Shown: positions 49,899 to 59,967 of the stretch, piece by piece | Numbering within the stretch: the first letter of the stretch is position 1 | Layout of the letters: every line of letters begins with the position of its first letter | Assembly (NCBI GenBank): GCA_030668485.1 | Contig: DAOUTW010000012.1 | Span: forward strand, 12,834 to 76,833 | Source of the DNA: Candidatus Zixiibacteriota bacterium | GTDB lineage: Bacteria; Zixibacteria; MSB-5A5; GN15; JAAZOE01 | Length of the DNA: 64,000 nt | Direction: 5' to 3' | Program-made: the position numbers and the translations under genes | Notes under the pieces: generated by a model | The model's database searches: none | What the model was told of the DNA's origin: nothing | Seen by the model: the letters and a program-made list of their open reading frames with translations, nothing else

Positions 49899-50852
49899 AT
49901 GACAACAATATTGGTTACCGGTGCGGCGGGCCAGATCGGCTCGGAATTAGCAATCGCACTGCGCAAGAAATATGGCGAGGAACGGGTGGTAGCGACCGAT
50001 ATCAGGATGCCGACGGATGAGGCGCTCCGTGATTCGGGACCTTTTGAATCGCTCGATGTGCTTGATGAGAACCAGATCACAAGGGTAATGCAGCAATATA
50101 AAGTTGACACCATTTTTCACCTGGCGGCGATTCTGTCGGCTATTGGCGAAACCCGTCCGAATGTCGCCTGGCGGGTCAATATGGGCGGCCTGTATAATAT
50201 GCTCGAGGCGGCCCGGCAATATAAATGCTCGATGTTTTTTCCCAGTTCGATCGGAGCTTTCGGGCCATCGACGCCGATGGACGATACTCCGCAGGATACG
50301 ATCATGCGTCCGGAGACGATGTATGGTGTGACCAAATTGTCCGGCGAACTGCTGTGCGATTATTATTTCCAGCGGTTCGGAGTCGATACTCGCGGCGTTC
50401 GTTTCCCCGGATTGATTTCGTATGAAACCGAGCCGGGCGGCGGTACCACCGATTATGCGGTGGAGATATTTTTTGAGGCGATCAAGCATCAGAAATATAC
50501 CTGCTATCTCAGGGATGATTGTTCACTCGATATGATGTATATGCCGGATGCCATCAGGGCGATGATCGATTTGATGGAAGCCGATCCGAGCCGGCTGGTG
50601 CATCGCAACGCATTCAATATCACCGCCATGAGTTTTACTCCGGAAATACTGGCGGCGGAAATACGTAAATTCATACCGGATTTCGAAATCGGATATAATG
50701 TCGATCCGGTGCGGCAGAAAATCGCCGATTCGTGGCCCAATCGGATGGATGATTTGGCCGCTCGCGAGGAATGGAATTGGGCGCCTGAATATGATTTGCC
50801 CAGCATGACCAGTATAATGATTGAGGCTGTGAAGAAAAAATTTGAAGTTTAA
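49899..50852 (+). CDS. tdh: L-threonine 3-dehydrogenase (extended SDR type)
   Basis: TGAAGQIG, HLAAILSA, PSSIGAFG, YGVTK, PGGGTTDYAV, MMYMPDA, IADSWP. Confidence 0.85.
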   Translation: MTTILVTGAAGQIGSELAIALRKKYGEERVVATDIRMPTDEALRDSGPFESLDVLDENQITRVMQQYKVDTIFHLAAILSAIGETRPNVAWRVNMGGLYNMLEAARQYKCSMFFPSSIGAFGPSTPMDDTPQDTIMRPETMYGVTKLSGELLCDYYFQRFGVDTRGVRFPGLISYETEPGGGTTDYAVEIFFEAIKHQKYTCYLRDDCSLDMMYMPDAIRAMIDLMEADPSRLVHRNAFNITAMSFTPEILAAEIRKFIPDFEIGYNVDPVRQKIADSWPNRMDDLAAREEWNWAPEYDLPSMTSIMIEAVKKKFEV

Positions 50853-50896
50853 TCCGCCCTGGCGGGTTGACCACGTAAAGTATATAAGGTGGACAA

Positions 50897-51271
50897 GTGA
50901 TTTTCGGTATCGGTATAGATCAGGTGGAAGTGGCCCGGGTAAAAAAGAAGCTGGACGATACTGCCGGGCTGGCCGAAAGACTATTCACCGCAGGAGAGAG
51001 AGAATACTGTAATTCAAAGAAATACCCGGAACAAAACTATGCGGCGCGTTTCGCCGCCAAAGAGGCCTTTTTCAAGGCTATCGGAACCGGATGGCGAAAG
51101 GGAATGGGCTTTTGTGATATAGAAATTGTCAATGATGAATTCGGAAAACCAGCATGCGTTTTGCACGGCCGTGCCAGAAAGCTTGCCGAGGAAAAGGGGA
51201 TAACCGGCGTCCATGTGTCGCTGACGCATCTCAAAGAAATCGCCGGCGCCATCGTATTGCTGGAGAAATAA
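50897..51271 (+). CDS. acpS: Holo-ACP synthase
   Basis: GIGID, AARFAAKEAFFKA, GKP, VSLTH. Confidence 0.92.
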   Translation: MIFGIGIDQVEVARVKKKLDDTAGLAERLFTAGEREYCNSKKYPEQNYAARFAAKEAFFKAIGTGWRKGMGFCDIEIVNDEFGKPACVLHGRARKLAEEKGITGVHVSLTHLKEIAGAIVLLEK

Positions 51272-51287
51272 AAAAGGAAATAGAAGC

Positions 51288-52994
51288 ATGTCTCACATTG
51301 GATCATACGAAGAACGAGTTAAAGAATTCGACTGGTCGCTTTCCGAAACGGAACTCGATTATAAAGACGGCGATGTCCTGAATATCGGATGGTATTGTAC
51401 GGACCGAATCTGCAAGATGGGCAAAGCTGACAAGACCGCCCTGATTTGGGAAGGTCTCGGAGGCCAGGAAAAACGGTACACCTATAATGACATCAGAGTC
51501 GCCAGTAACACTATCGGCTCTTTTTTGCGCGGCCTGGGAATAAAGAATGAAGATCGGGTCTGCCTTTTCATGGATAAGATTCCCGAACTGTATTTCGGTT
51601 TCCTGGGAATTTTGAAAATCGGCGCCATCGCTCAGCCTCTCTTTTCCGCCTTCGGTGATGAATCTCTGCTGGTGCGCTTGTCCAATGCCGAAACGACGGC
51701 GATTGTCACCCAGCGTAAGCATGTCTCGAAAGTGCGGAAGATTATCGATCAGATGCCGTATGTCAAGCATGTCATCGTCGTCGATTACGACGGTAAGAAA
51801 CCGCTCCGGGAACGTGAAATCGCCTTTTCACTTGAGGAAGCCGCTCCGGTAGATGAATTTGAAATTTATCCGACTAAGGCCGAATCACCCTCGGTGCTGC
51901 ATTATACTTCGGGCACCACTGGACAGCCCAAAGGTGTCAAGCATGTGCATTACTCACTTATCTCGCAGTACCTGACTGCCAAGTGGGTGCTTGACCTTCA
52001 GGAAGATGACATCTATTGGTGCACCGCCGATCCCGGATGGGTGACCGGAACTTCTTATGGTATTATCGGCGCCTTCAGCCTGGGTGTCACACAATGCGTC
52101 ATGGATGTGGGTTTCTCGGCCGAAGCCTGGTATAAATTCATCGAGAAGCACAAAGTGACAGTATGGTACTCGGCCCCTACGGCCATCAGATCCCTGATGA
52201 AATGCGGTGACGAGCCGGTGAAGAAATATGATCTCTCATGTCTGCGGCACCTCGCCAGCGTTGGCGAACCGTTAAATGCCGAGGCAGTCATTTGGTCGGA
52301 GCGTGTATTTGGCAAAGCGTTCCTCGATACCTACTGGCAGACCGAAACCGGCTCGATGATGATCACCAATTTCCCCGGCATGAAGATCAAACCGGGATCG
52401 ATGGGCAAAGCGTTTCCCGGTATAACGGCGGTGGTCCTCGATACCGAAACTTATGAACCGATTACCGAGCCGGGCAAAGTCGGTCTGATCGGTTTCAAGC
52501 CGGGATGGCCGGCGATGATGCGGGAATACTGGCGCAACGAGGAGACCTATAAGAGTAAATTCATAAACGGCTGGTATATTCCGGGTGACCGGTCCAGTAT
52601 CGACAACGAGGGATATTTTTGGTTTACCGGTCGCGATGACGATGTCATCAATACCGGCGGTCATCTCGTCAGCCCGTTCGAGGTGGAGTCAGCCTTGCTG
52701 GAACATGAAGCGGTAGCCGAGTCGGCGGTGGTGGCCAAACCGGATGAGGTCAATATGGAGGTCGTCAAGGCGTTCGTGACGCTTAATGCCGGATTCGAAG
52801 CCAGCACCGATCTGGAACTGAAAATCATGAATTTCATCCGCAAAAAACTGTCGCCGCTGGCGATGCCGCAGGAGATCGAATATGTCAATACCCTGCCGAA
52901 AACGCGCAGTGGAAAAATCATGCGGCGGTTGCTGCATGCGAAAGAATGGGGCGAGGAAATCGGCGACACCTCGACTCTTGAAGACGACGAATAA
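51288..52994 (+). CDS. acsA: Acetate-CoA ligase-like AMP-forming ligase
   Basis: YTSGTTGQPKG, WCTADPGWVTG, SVGEPLN, TYWQTETG, LPKTRSGKIMRR. Confidence 0.82.
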   Translation: MSHIGSYEERVKEFDWSLSETELDYKDGDVLNIGWYCTDRICKMGKADKTALIWEGLGGQEKRYTYNDIRVASNTIGSFLRGLGIKNEDRVCLFMDKIPELYFGFLGILKIGAIAQPLFSAFGDESLLVRLSNAETTAIVTQRKHVSKVRKIIDQMPYVKHVIVVDYDGKKPLREREIAFSLEEAAPVDEFEIYPTKAESPSVLHYTSGTTGQPKGVKHVHYSLISQYLTAKWVLDLQEDDIYWCTADPGWVTGTSYGIIGAFSLGVTQCVMDVGFSAEAWYKFIEKHKVTVWYSAPTAIRSLMKCGDEPVKKYDLSCLRHLASVGEPLNAEAVIWSERVFGKAFLDTYWQTETGSMMITNFPGMKIKPGSMGKAFPGITAVVLDTETYEPITEPGKVGLIGFKPGWPAMMREYWRNEETYKSKFINGWYIPGDRSSIDNEGYFWFTGRDDDVINTGGHLVSPFEVESALLEHEAVAESAVVAKPDEVNMEVVKAFVTLNAGFEASTDLELKIMNFIRKKLSPLAMPQEIEYVNTLPKTRSGKIMRRLLHAKEWGEEIGDTSTLEDDE

Positions 52995-53024
52995 TAGAGT
53001 TGAATAAGCTCAAAGGAGATAGAT

Positions 53025-53270
53025 ATGGAAGAGATAAAGAAAGTCGTTCTGGAATATGTGACCGAAGAATATCTGGAAGATGAAGACGATGAACTGACTG
53101 CTGAGACTCCGCTGATTTCCGGCGGCATTGTCGACTCATTTTCGATGGTCTCGCTCAAGAGATTCCTGGAGAACAAGTACAATATTTCGATTCCTGACGA
53201 GCAGGCGACGCCGGAAGCCTTTGATACGGTCGACAAGATTGCCGTACTGATTCAGGGGTTTTTGAAGTAA
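53025..53270 (+). CDS. Acyl carrier protein
   Basis: 81 aa acidic protein, GGIVDSFSMV phosphopantetheine Ser, AAGGAG RBS. Confidence 0.85.
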   Translation: MEEIKKVVLEYVTEEYLEDEDDELTAETPLISGGIVDSFSMVSLKRFLENKYNISIPDEQATPEAFDTVDKIAVLIQGFLK

Positions 53271-53385
53271 AATGAGCGATGCTGCCGGGGCTCCGGTTCC
53301 GGCGGTTGTCTTTTGATACGGACCAGATTTTTCGGCCCGCCGTATTATTGCAGTGATTGTATCGATTTTAATGAGGAGTTGAGCT

Positions 53386-54633
53386 ATGAGTTATAGCGAC
53401 GCTATAAGAAATATATATCAGGAACAGCTCAAGGATATCGAAACTGCCGGAGTGTTCAAGCAGGAACGGTTCATCCATTCCGCCCAGGCAGCCGATATCG
53501 AAGTGGAATATCCCACCGGCGCACCATTGAAAAAAGTCATCAACATGTGTGCCAATAATTATCTCGGCCTGTCCAGTCATCCCGAGGTCGTCAAGGCGGC
53601 GCATGAGGGGCTTGATTCGCGGGGATACGGTATGTCGTCGGTTCGTTTCATCTGTGGAACTCAGGATATTCATGATCAGCTTGAGAAAAAGGTCACCGAG
53701 TTTTTAGGCACCGAAGATACCATTTTGTTCCCATCCTGCATGGATGCCAACGCCGGTGTTTTCGAGGCGATCCTGAACAAAGACGACGTCATGATTTCCG
53801 ACCGCCTCGTGCATGCCTCGATTATCGACGGTATTCGCCTCTGCAGCGCCATGCATGATACGTTTAAGCATTCCAATATGGCGCATCTGGAGAAAAAGTT
53901 GCAGTTGCATGCCGACAAGCGGTTCAAAGTGGTTATCACCGACGGAGTTTTCTCGATGGACGGCGATACCGCCAAACTTGATGAGATGGTCGAGTTGTGC
54001 GCAAAATACGATGCCATGGTTTTCGTCGACGATTCCCATTCGAGCGGATTTATCGGCAAGACGGGAAGAGGGACCCATGAAAAGTGCGGAGTCATGGGCA
54101 AAATTGACATCATAACTACCACTTTCGGCAAAGCTCTCGGCGGCGCCTCCGGCGGATGCGTTTCCGGACGGCGGGAATTGGTCGAAATGTGCCGTCAGAA
54201 GGCTCGCCCATATCTCTTTTCCAATACCATCGCTCCGGTGGTTGTTTCGGGAGTTCTGAAAGTACTCGAAATCCTTTCGGCCAGCACCGAACGCCGCGAC
54301 AAACTGGAGAAAAATACCGAATACTGGCGCAAGGGTCTCACCGAAGGCGGTTTCATTCTCAAAGATGGCGATACTCCAATTGTTCCGGTGATGCTGTTCA
54401 ATGCCAAGCTGTCGCAGGATATTTCCCGCGATCTGTATGATGAAGGTATTTATGCTATCGGCTTTTTCTTCCCGGTGGTGCCGCAGGGGCAGGCCCGTAT
54501 CCGGACTCAGATTTCGGCCGGGCATGAGATCGAACATCTCGATAAGGCGCTCGCGGCCTTTACCAAAGTCGGCAAAAAATACGATATTCTCGGTAAGACC
54601 AAGCAGGAGATTATTGAGAAGTATGGAATGTGA
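53386..54633 (+). CDS. kbl: Glycine C-acetyltransferase (2-amino-3-ketobutyrate ligase)
   Basis: CANNYLGL, SSVRFICGTQDIH, HASIIDG, DDSH, TFGKALGGASGG, ARIRTQ. Confidence 0.9.
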   Translation: MSYSDAIRNIYQEQLKDIETAGVFKQERFIHSAQAADIEVEYPTGAPLKKVINMCANNYLGLSSHPEVVKAAHEGLDSRGYGMSSVRFICGTQDIHDQLEKKVTEFLGTEDTILFPSCMDANAGVFEAILNKDDVMISDRLVHASIIDGIRLCSAMHDTFKHSNMAHLEKKLQLHADKRFKVVITDGVFSMDGDTAKLDEMVELCAKYDAMVFVDDSHSSGFIGKTGRGTHEKCGVMGKIDIITTTFGKALGGASGGCVSGRRELVEMCRQKARPYLFSNTIAPVVVSGVLKVLEILSASTERRDKLEKNTEYWRKGLTEGGFILKDGDTPIVPVMLFNAKLSQDISRDLYDEGIYAIGFFFPVVPQGQARIRTQISAGHEIEHLDKALAAFTKVGKKYDILGKTKQEIIEKYGM

Positions 54634-54642
54634 TTGGAAAAG

Positions 54643-54690
54643 CGGCAGGTCATCCGCCGCGGCGGACAAGAGGTGAATCAAGACCTGCCG
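54643..54690. repeat. Nested palindrome (REP-like)
   Basis: cggcaggtc...gacctgccg enclosing tccgccgcggcgga. Confidence 0.5.
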
Positions 54691-54794
54691 TAAGAAGAAT
54701 TTCGTGGTGTCTTTTGAAATCGATAGCGGCAGATATTGACATCTGCCGCGTTTTGGTCTGTACAAAGTTATTCATCATAATCCGGAGACAGGCG

Positions 54795-55298
54795 ATGCTA
54801 TCAGCCGACGATATTATTAAAATATTTGCCTTAAAGCCGCTGCCGATGGAAGGCGGTTATTATTCGGAGACGTGGCGGTCGAATGAGATAGTCGCGCATA
54901 GCGCCCTGCCCGACCGATACCGAGCTGATAAATCATTCGGCACCGCGATATACTATCTCCTGACACCTGACACCAGATCAGCTCTGCACCGATTGCCGAC
55001 CGATGAGATATTTCATTTCTATCTCGGTGACCCGGTGGAAATGTTGTTGCTGCATGAGAACGGGAAAGGGGAGATTATAACTCTCGGTTCCGACATTGAA
55101 TCCGGCCAGCAAATTCAGTTTGTCGTGCCGCGAGGTGTGTGGCAGGGATCGCATTTGATCGAAGGTGGCCGTTTTGGCCTGATGGGAACTACTGTGGCAC
55201 CGGGGTTTGATTTTGAAGATTATGAAGCGGGCAATTTTGGAATTCTGTCCACGGCCTATCCGGATTGTACCGACCTTATTAATCGTCTGTGTGAATGA
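54795..55298 (+). CDS. Cupin_5 (DUF985) protein
   Basis: PMEGGYYSE, TAIYYLL, HRLPTDEIFHFYLG, TVAPGFDFEDY. Start reassigned to ATG 54795. Confidence 0.85.
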   Translation: MLSADDIIKIFALKPLPMEGGYYSETWRSNEIVAHSALPDRYRADKSFGTAIYYLLTPDTRSALHRLPTDEIFHFYLGDPVEMLLLHENGKGEIITLGSDIESGQQIQFVVPRGVWQGSHLIEGGRFGLMGTTVAPGFDFEDYEAGNFGILSTAYPDCTDLINRLCE

Positions 55299-55332
55299 TG
55301 GTCTCATATTGCCTAAAATATCGCAACCTCAT

Positions 55333-55361
55333 TTGACTTTTGGCCCATTTCAGATTATACT
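55333..55361 (+). promoter_or_regulatory. Sigma-70 promoter
   Basis: TTGACT-N17-TATACT. Confidence 0.65.
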
Positions 55362-55458
55362 ACAAGACTTTGCAGCGGCCGGGAAATTGGCCGGGGTGCT
55401 TTTTGATCTTGAAAACAATTTATGCACGTTTTAGTAACCAATAGATTGAGGTAAGTAA

Positions 55459-56505
55459 ATGGTTGGAATAGTTGGATATGGAGCGATGATTCCTCGCCAC
55501 CGGATAAAGGTCGAGGAAATCGCCAAGGTTTGGGGAGCCGACGCTCCCAGCTACAAGAAAGGGTTGATGCTCTGGCAGAAATCAGTGCCGACACCGGATG
55601 TCGATACCATCACCCTGTCGGTCGAAGCGACCAAGAACGCAATCAAACGGGCGCAGATAAATCCCAAAGATATCGGTGCCGTATATGTTGGGTCCGAATC
55701 GCATCCGTATGCGGTCAAGCCCTCGGGCACGACCGTGGCCGAGGCGATCGGAGCGGTTCCGGATTGTCATTGCGCCGATTTCGAATTTGCCTGCAAGGCA
55801 GGGTCGGAAGCGATGTTTGTCTGTCTGGGACTGGTCAAATCGGGCTATATGAAGTATGCTCTCGCGGTCGGCGGCGATACCTCTCAGGGCGCACCCGGTG
55901 ATGCCCTCGAGTATTCGGCTTCGGCCGGAGCGGCGGCGTTTATCATGGGTAAAACCAATCTTATCGCGGAGGCGCTCGAGACGTATTCGTTTATGACCGA
56001 TACTCCCGATTTCTGGCGTCGCGAGCATGAGTTTTATCCTCAGCACGGCGGACGTTTTACCGGGGAGCCGGCCTATTTCAGAACCGTGACCGGAGCGGCC
56101 ATGGGGATTATGAACAAGGCCAAAATGAAACCCAAAGATTTCAAGTACGTCATTTTCCATCAACCCAACGGCAAATTCCCCCTGCGGGTAGGTAAAATGC
56201 TTGGCTTTACAAAGAAGCAAATAGAGCCGGGCTGGTTGACACCGCGGTTGGGTAACACCTATTCAGGTTCTTCACCTCTCGGTTTAACCTCCACGCTTGA
56301 TATTTCCAAACCGGGTGACATGATTCTGATGATTTCCTACGGTTCCGGAGCTGGTTCTGATGCCTTTGTCTGGCGTGTCACCGATCGGATCAAGGAAGCT
56401 CGCGATCTGGCCGTACACACCACGACCCTGTTGGACAAGAACCAGATCTTTGTCGATTACGGTACGTACGCCAAGTACCGCCACAAAATCCTGAAGAACA
56501 AGTAG
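55459..56505 (+). CDS. Hydroxymethylglutaryl-CoA synthase, archaeal type
   Basis: [52 protein letters not shown]. Confidence 0.9.
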   Translation: MVGIVGYGAMIPRHRIKVEEIAKVWGADAPSYKKGLMLWQKSVPTPDVDTITLSVEATKNAIKRAQINPKDIGAVYVGSESHPYAVKPSGTTVAEAIGAVPDCHCADFEFACKAGSEAMFVCLGLVKSGYMKYALAVGGDTSQGAPGDALEYSASAGAAAFIMGKTNLIAEALETYSFMTDTPDFWRREHEFYPQHGGRFTGEPAYFRTVTGAAMGIMNKAKMKPKDFKYVIFHQPNGKFPLRVGKMLGFTKKQIEPGWLTPRLGNTYSGSSPLGLTSTLDISKPGDMILMISYGSGAGSDAFVWRVTDRIKEARDLAVHTTTLLDKNQIFVDYGTYAKYRHKILKNK

Positions 56506-56519
56506 AGGGAGATCATAAA

Positions 56520-57680
56520 ATGAGAGATGTAGCTGTAGTTGGCATCGGCATAATGAAATGGGGTGAGCTCTGGCGAAAATCGTTCCGCGATATTTTCACC
56601 GAAGCGGCCCTCAATGCCCTCGATGATGCCGGCCTCGATAAAATAGATTCGCTGATAGTCGGATGTATGTCCGGCGGCCTGTTCGTTGGACAGGAGCATG
56701 TCGGCGCCATACTGGCCGACTATATCGGCCAGAAAAATATCCCGGCGGCCCGTGTCGAATCGGCCTGCGCCTCCGGCGGTCTGGCTTTCCGCCAGGCTTA
56801 TATTGAAGTTGCCTCCGGCATGTCGGATATCGTCATGGCCGGCGGTGTCGAAAAGATGACCGACGTCTCCGGCGATGGAGCCACCTATGCTCTGGCCACC
56901 GCCGCCGATCAGGATTATGAAGTTTTCCACGGCGTGACTTTCCCTGGTTTGTATGCCATGATGGCTCGCGCCTATATGAAAAAGTATAAAACAACAAGAA
57001 AACAGTTGTCGGCCGTGCCGGTCAAGGCGCATAAGAACGGCAGCATGAATCCGTTCGCTCAGTATCCATTCCCGATCAAGCTGGAAGATGTGGCCAACGG
57101 CGTCAAAGTCGCTGACCCTCTTCATATTCTGGATTGCTCGCCGATCACTGATGGCGCGGCGGCGGCGATTTTAACCACCGTCGATATCGCCAAAAAGATG
57201 AAAAAGCCGTATGTCCGTATAACAGGAACCGGAATGGCGACCGATACCATAGCCCTGCCTCAGCGCGAAAGCCTGACCTGGCTCAAGTCGACCGAGTTGG
57301 CCGGCAAGAGAGCCTTGAAAATGGCCGGCAGGAAGATAACCGATATGGATATGGTCGAGGTGCACGATTGCTTCTCGATTGCCGAGATTATCGTCACCGA
57401 ATCGCTCGGCATCTTCAAGAAGGGTGAGGGAGCCAAAGCAGCAGCACGCGGCGTAACCGCTCTCGATGGTAAAATTCCGGTCAATCCTTCCGGTGGTCTC
57501 AAGTCAAAGGGTCACCCGGTCGGCGCTACCGGCATCGGCCAGGTGGTGGAAATTGTGAAACAGCTTCGCGGCGATGCTGAAAATGGTCGTCAGATCAAGG
57601 GTAATCCCAAGGTTGGGATGACTCAAAACATGGGCGGCTCCGGCGCTTCCGCGGTGGTGCATATACTGGAGGTGGCGTGA
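56520..57680 (+). CDS. Acetoacetyl-CoA thiolase, archaeal/SCP-x type
   Basis: [38 protein letters not shown]. Confidence 0.9.
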   Translation: MRDVAVVGIGIMKWGELWRKSFRDIFTEAALNALDDAGLDKIDSLIVGCMSGGLFVGQEHVGAILADYIGQKNIPAARVESACASGGLAFRQAYIEVASGMSDIVMAGGVEKMTDVSGDGATYALATAADQDYEVFHGVTFPGLYAMMARAYMKKYKTTRKQLSAVPVKAHKNGSMNPFAQYPFPIKLEDVANGVKVADPLHILDCSPITDGAAAAILTTVDIAKKMKKPYVRITGTGMATDTIALPQRESLTWLKSTELAGKRALKMAGRKITDMDMVEVHDCFSIAEIIVTESLGIFKKGEGAKAAARGVTALDGKIPVNPSGGLKSKGHPVGATGIGQVVEIVKQLRGDAENGRQIKGNPKVGMTQNMGGSGASAVVHILEVA

Positions 57681-58075
57681 TGTTTCCATCAAGAATCTGG
57701 CGTGAAATGCCTCAGCGGTACCGCCTCGAAGCGGCCGTATGCAAAAAGTGCGGCAAAAGATACTATCCGCCGCGCCTGGTTTGCGCCGAATGCGGTGGCC
57801 GCCAGTTCGACACTTATGTGCTGCCGGAAGAGGGAAAACTGCTGACCTTTACGGTTATTCGCACTCCGGCCTCACAGTTTTCAGATCTGGCTCCCTATGC
57901 CATGGGGATTATCAAATTCGACGACGGCTTGCAGATGATGGGTCAGATCGCCGACTGCGATATCGATAAACTCAAAATAGGTCAGAAAATGCGGCTTGAA
58001 TTCCGCAAAATCCAGACCGACGACACCCACGGTGTATTGAGCTATGCCTATAAGTTTATACCGAAGTGGTATTAA
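57680..58075 (+). CDS. DUF35 Zn-ribbon/OB-fold scaffold protein
   Basis: CKKCG..YYPPR.VCAECG, APY, C-terminal YAYKF. Confidence 0.9.
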   Translation: MFPSRIWREMPQRYRLEAAVCKKCGKRYYPPRLVCAECGGRQFDTYVLPEEGKLLTFTVIRTPASQFSDLAPYAMGIIKFDDGLQMMGQIADCDIDKLKIGQKMRLEFRKIQTDDTHGVLSYAYKFIPKWY

Positions 58076-58149
58076 ATTGATGCGGGGGAGGGCAGCCGAC
58101 GCTGCCCTCTTCCGATCCGACAAACTCAATCGGGGGTGACAGGCAAACC

Positions 58150-59949
58150 GTGAAACGAAAAATCCGGATAGGTAATGCCGGAGGATACTGGGGCGACGAT
58201 CTCTCAGCCCTCAAACGGCAATTGACCGGCGGCAAGCTGGATTATATCAGCATGGATTTTCTCGCCGAGATCACCATGTCGATCCTCCAGCGCCAGAGGC
58301 GGCAGAAGCCGCATTTGGGATATGCCGTCGATTTCCTGGGCCAACTCGAAGAATGTCTCCCTCTGATCTGCAAGAAAAATGTGCGGGTTATTTCCAATGC
58401 CGGTGGGATCAACCCGATCGGCCTTGGCCGCGAAATTATCACCCTTGCCAAAAAGCTCAATCTGGAAGTCAAAGTCGGGATTGTTTATGGCGACGATATC
58501 TCGGACAAGCTTTATGAGCTGACCGCTGCTGGTGAGAAATTCGCCAACATGGAAACCGGCGAGAAATTCCTCGATGTCCGATCTCGCATCACCACAGCCA
58601 ATATCTATCTGGGCGCGGAACCGTTAGTCAAAGCTTTGGACGAAGGCTGCCAGATTGTCGTCACGGGCCGTGTGACCGACACCGGCCTGACGCTGGCACC
58701 GATGATTCATGAATTCGGATGGGCGATGGACGACTGGGATAAAATGGCGTCCGGGATCGTTGCCGGGCATATCATCGAGTGCGGCGCTCAGGGATCGGGC
58801 GGCAATGTCACCGACTGGCAGGAGGTCGCATCATTCCATAATATCGGCTATCCGATTATCGAGATGGAACCGTCGGGTGAATTCGTCGTGACCAAGCATC
58901 CCAATACCGGGGGAGTGGTATCTGAGAAGTCGGTCAAAGAACAGTTGGTGTATGAGATGGGCGATCCCTCAAATTATATCTCCCCCGACGGAATCGCACG
59001 TTTCGATACTATCAGATTAAAGGAAGATGGCCCCGACCGCGTCCGGGTATTCGGCGCCAAAGGAAAACCGGAACCGGAATCGTTGAAGGTTTCGATGTCA
59101 TACGAAGACGGCTGGAAAGCCTCGGGTATGATCTTAGTCTCCGGTCCCGATACCTACCGAAAAGCGGAAACAATCGCCGATATTTTCTGGAAAAAGCTCG
59201 ATTACAAATATGAGCAAACTCGCACCGAAGTGATCGGTTCCGGATCGATCTGGCCCGATAGCCTCACCAAAGGGGAAGCCAACGAGGTCTTGCTCCGTTT
59301 CGGAGTGCGTGATCAAAGCTTTGAGCGGGTCCGTGATTTCGGCATAGCTCTCCCGACACTCATTCTCAGCGGTCCGGCCGGCATGGCCGTAACCACCGGA
59401 GGAAGGCCGAAGCCGAAACAGGTTATTGCCTATTGGCCGGCTCTGATTCATCGTGCCCGCGTTACTGCCAAAACCCTCTGCCTCAGTACCGATGGCGAGG
59501 AAAAATTTCATGAGATAAACTTCCCGGTCAGGTTGGGGCGTTTCACCGAGGATATTGAATTTCCCGAACAACCTGTGAAGCGGAAAAAGTTTTCCGGAGC
59601 CAAAAAAGAAGTCTCGTTGAGAGATATTTGCTACGCTCGCTCCGGCGATAAGGGTGATACCTGTAATATCGGAGTGCTGGCACGATCGCCTCAAATCTAT
59701 GATTGGTTAATCGAATACCTCACCCCCGACAAGGTTAAAAAATTCTTTGGAAAATTGGTGGGGGGAGAGGTCGAGCGGTTCACGCTCGATAATTTACAGG
59801 GATTGAATTTCCTTTTGCACAAAACCTTAGGCGGCGGGGGGACAGAATCATTGATGATTGACCCTCAAGGTAAGACGTTGTCTCAAGCACTATTGCAAAT
59901 GAATGTTAAAGTACCGGTTTCAATAATTCCTAAACCCAGCGCGAAATAA
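58150..59949 (+). CDS. atuA: Acyclic terpene utilisation AtuA family (DUF1446)
   Basis: GNAGGYWGD, DFLAEITM, AGHIIECG, ARSGDKGD, DPQGK. Confidence 0.85.
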   Translation: MKRKIRIGNAGGYWGDDLSALKRQLTGGKLDYISMDFLAEITMSILQRQRRQKPHLGYAVDFLGQLEECLPLICKKNVRVISNAGGINPIGLGREIITLAKKLNLEVKVGIVYGDDISDKLYELTAAGEKFANMETGEKFLDVRSRITTANIYLGAEPLVKALDEGCQIVVTGRVTDTGLTLAPMIHEFGWAMDDWDKMASGIVAGHIIECGAQGSGGNVTDWQEVASFHNIGYPIIEMEPSGEFVVTKHPNTGGVVSEKSVKEQLVYEMGDPSNYISPDGIARFDTIRLKEDGPDRVRVFGAKGKPEPESLKVSMSYEDGWKASGMILVSGPDTYRKAETIADIFWKKLDYKYEQTRTEVIGSGSIWPDSLTKGEANEVLLRFGVRDQSFERVRDFGIALPTLILSGPAGMAVTTGGRPKPKQVIAYWPALIHRARVTAKTLCLSTDGEEKFHEINFPVRLGRFTEDIEFPEQPVKRKKFSGAKKEVSLRDICYARSGDKGDTCNIGVLARSPQIYDWLIEYLTPDKVKKFFGKLVGGEVERFTLDNLQGLNFLLHKTLGGGGTESLMIDPQGKTLSQALLQMNVKVPVSIIPKPSAK

Positions 59950-59967
59950 AAACTATGATAGGTCATC

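Noticed and set aside
53386-54633. Serine palmitoyltransferase / sphingolipid operon
   Set aside because: Motifs match the Kbl clade, the partner SDR is Tdh-like and no ceramide synthase is present. Kept only as an analogy.
53704-54765. 353-aa minus-strand ORF and other long antisense ORFs (e.g. 36267-36926, 55582-56220)
   Set aside because: They overlap well-supported genes on the opposite strand and have no motifs.
55459-58075. PhlABC (diacetylphloroglucinol) acyltransferase cluster
   Set aside because: The HMGS retains its catalytic Glu/Cys/His motifs and there is no type III PKS phlD.
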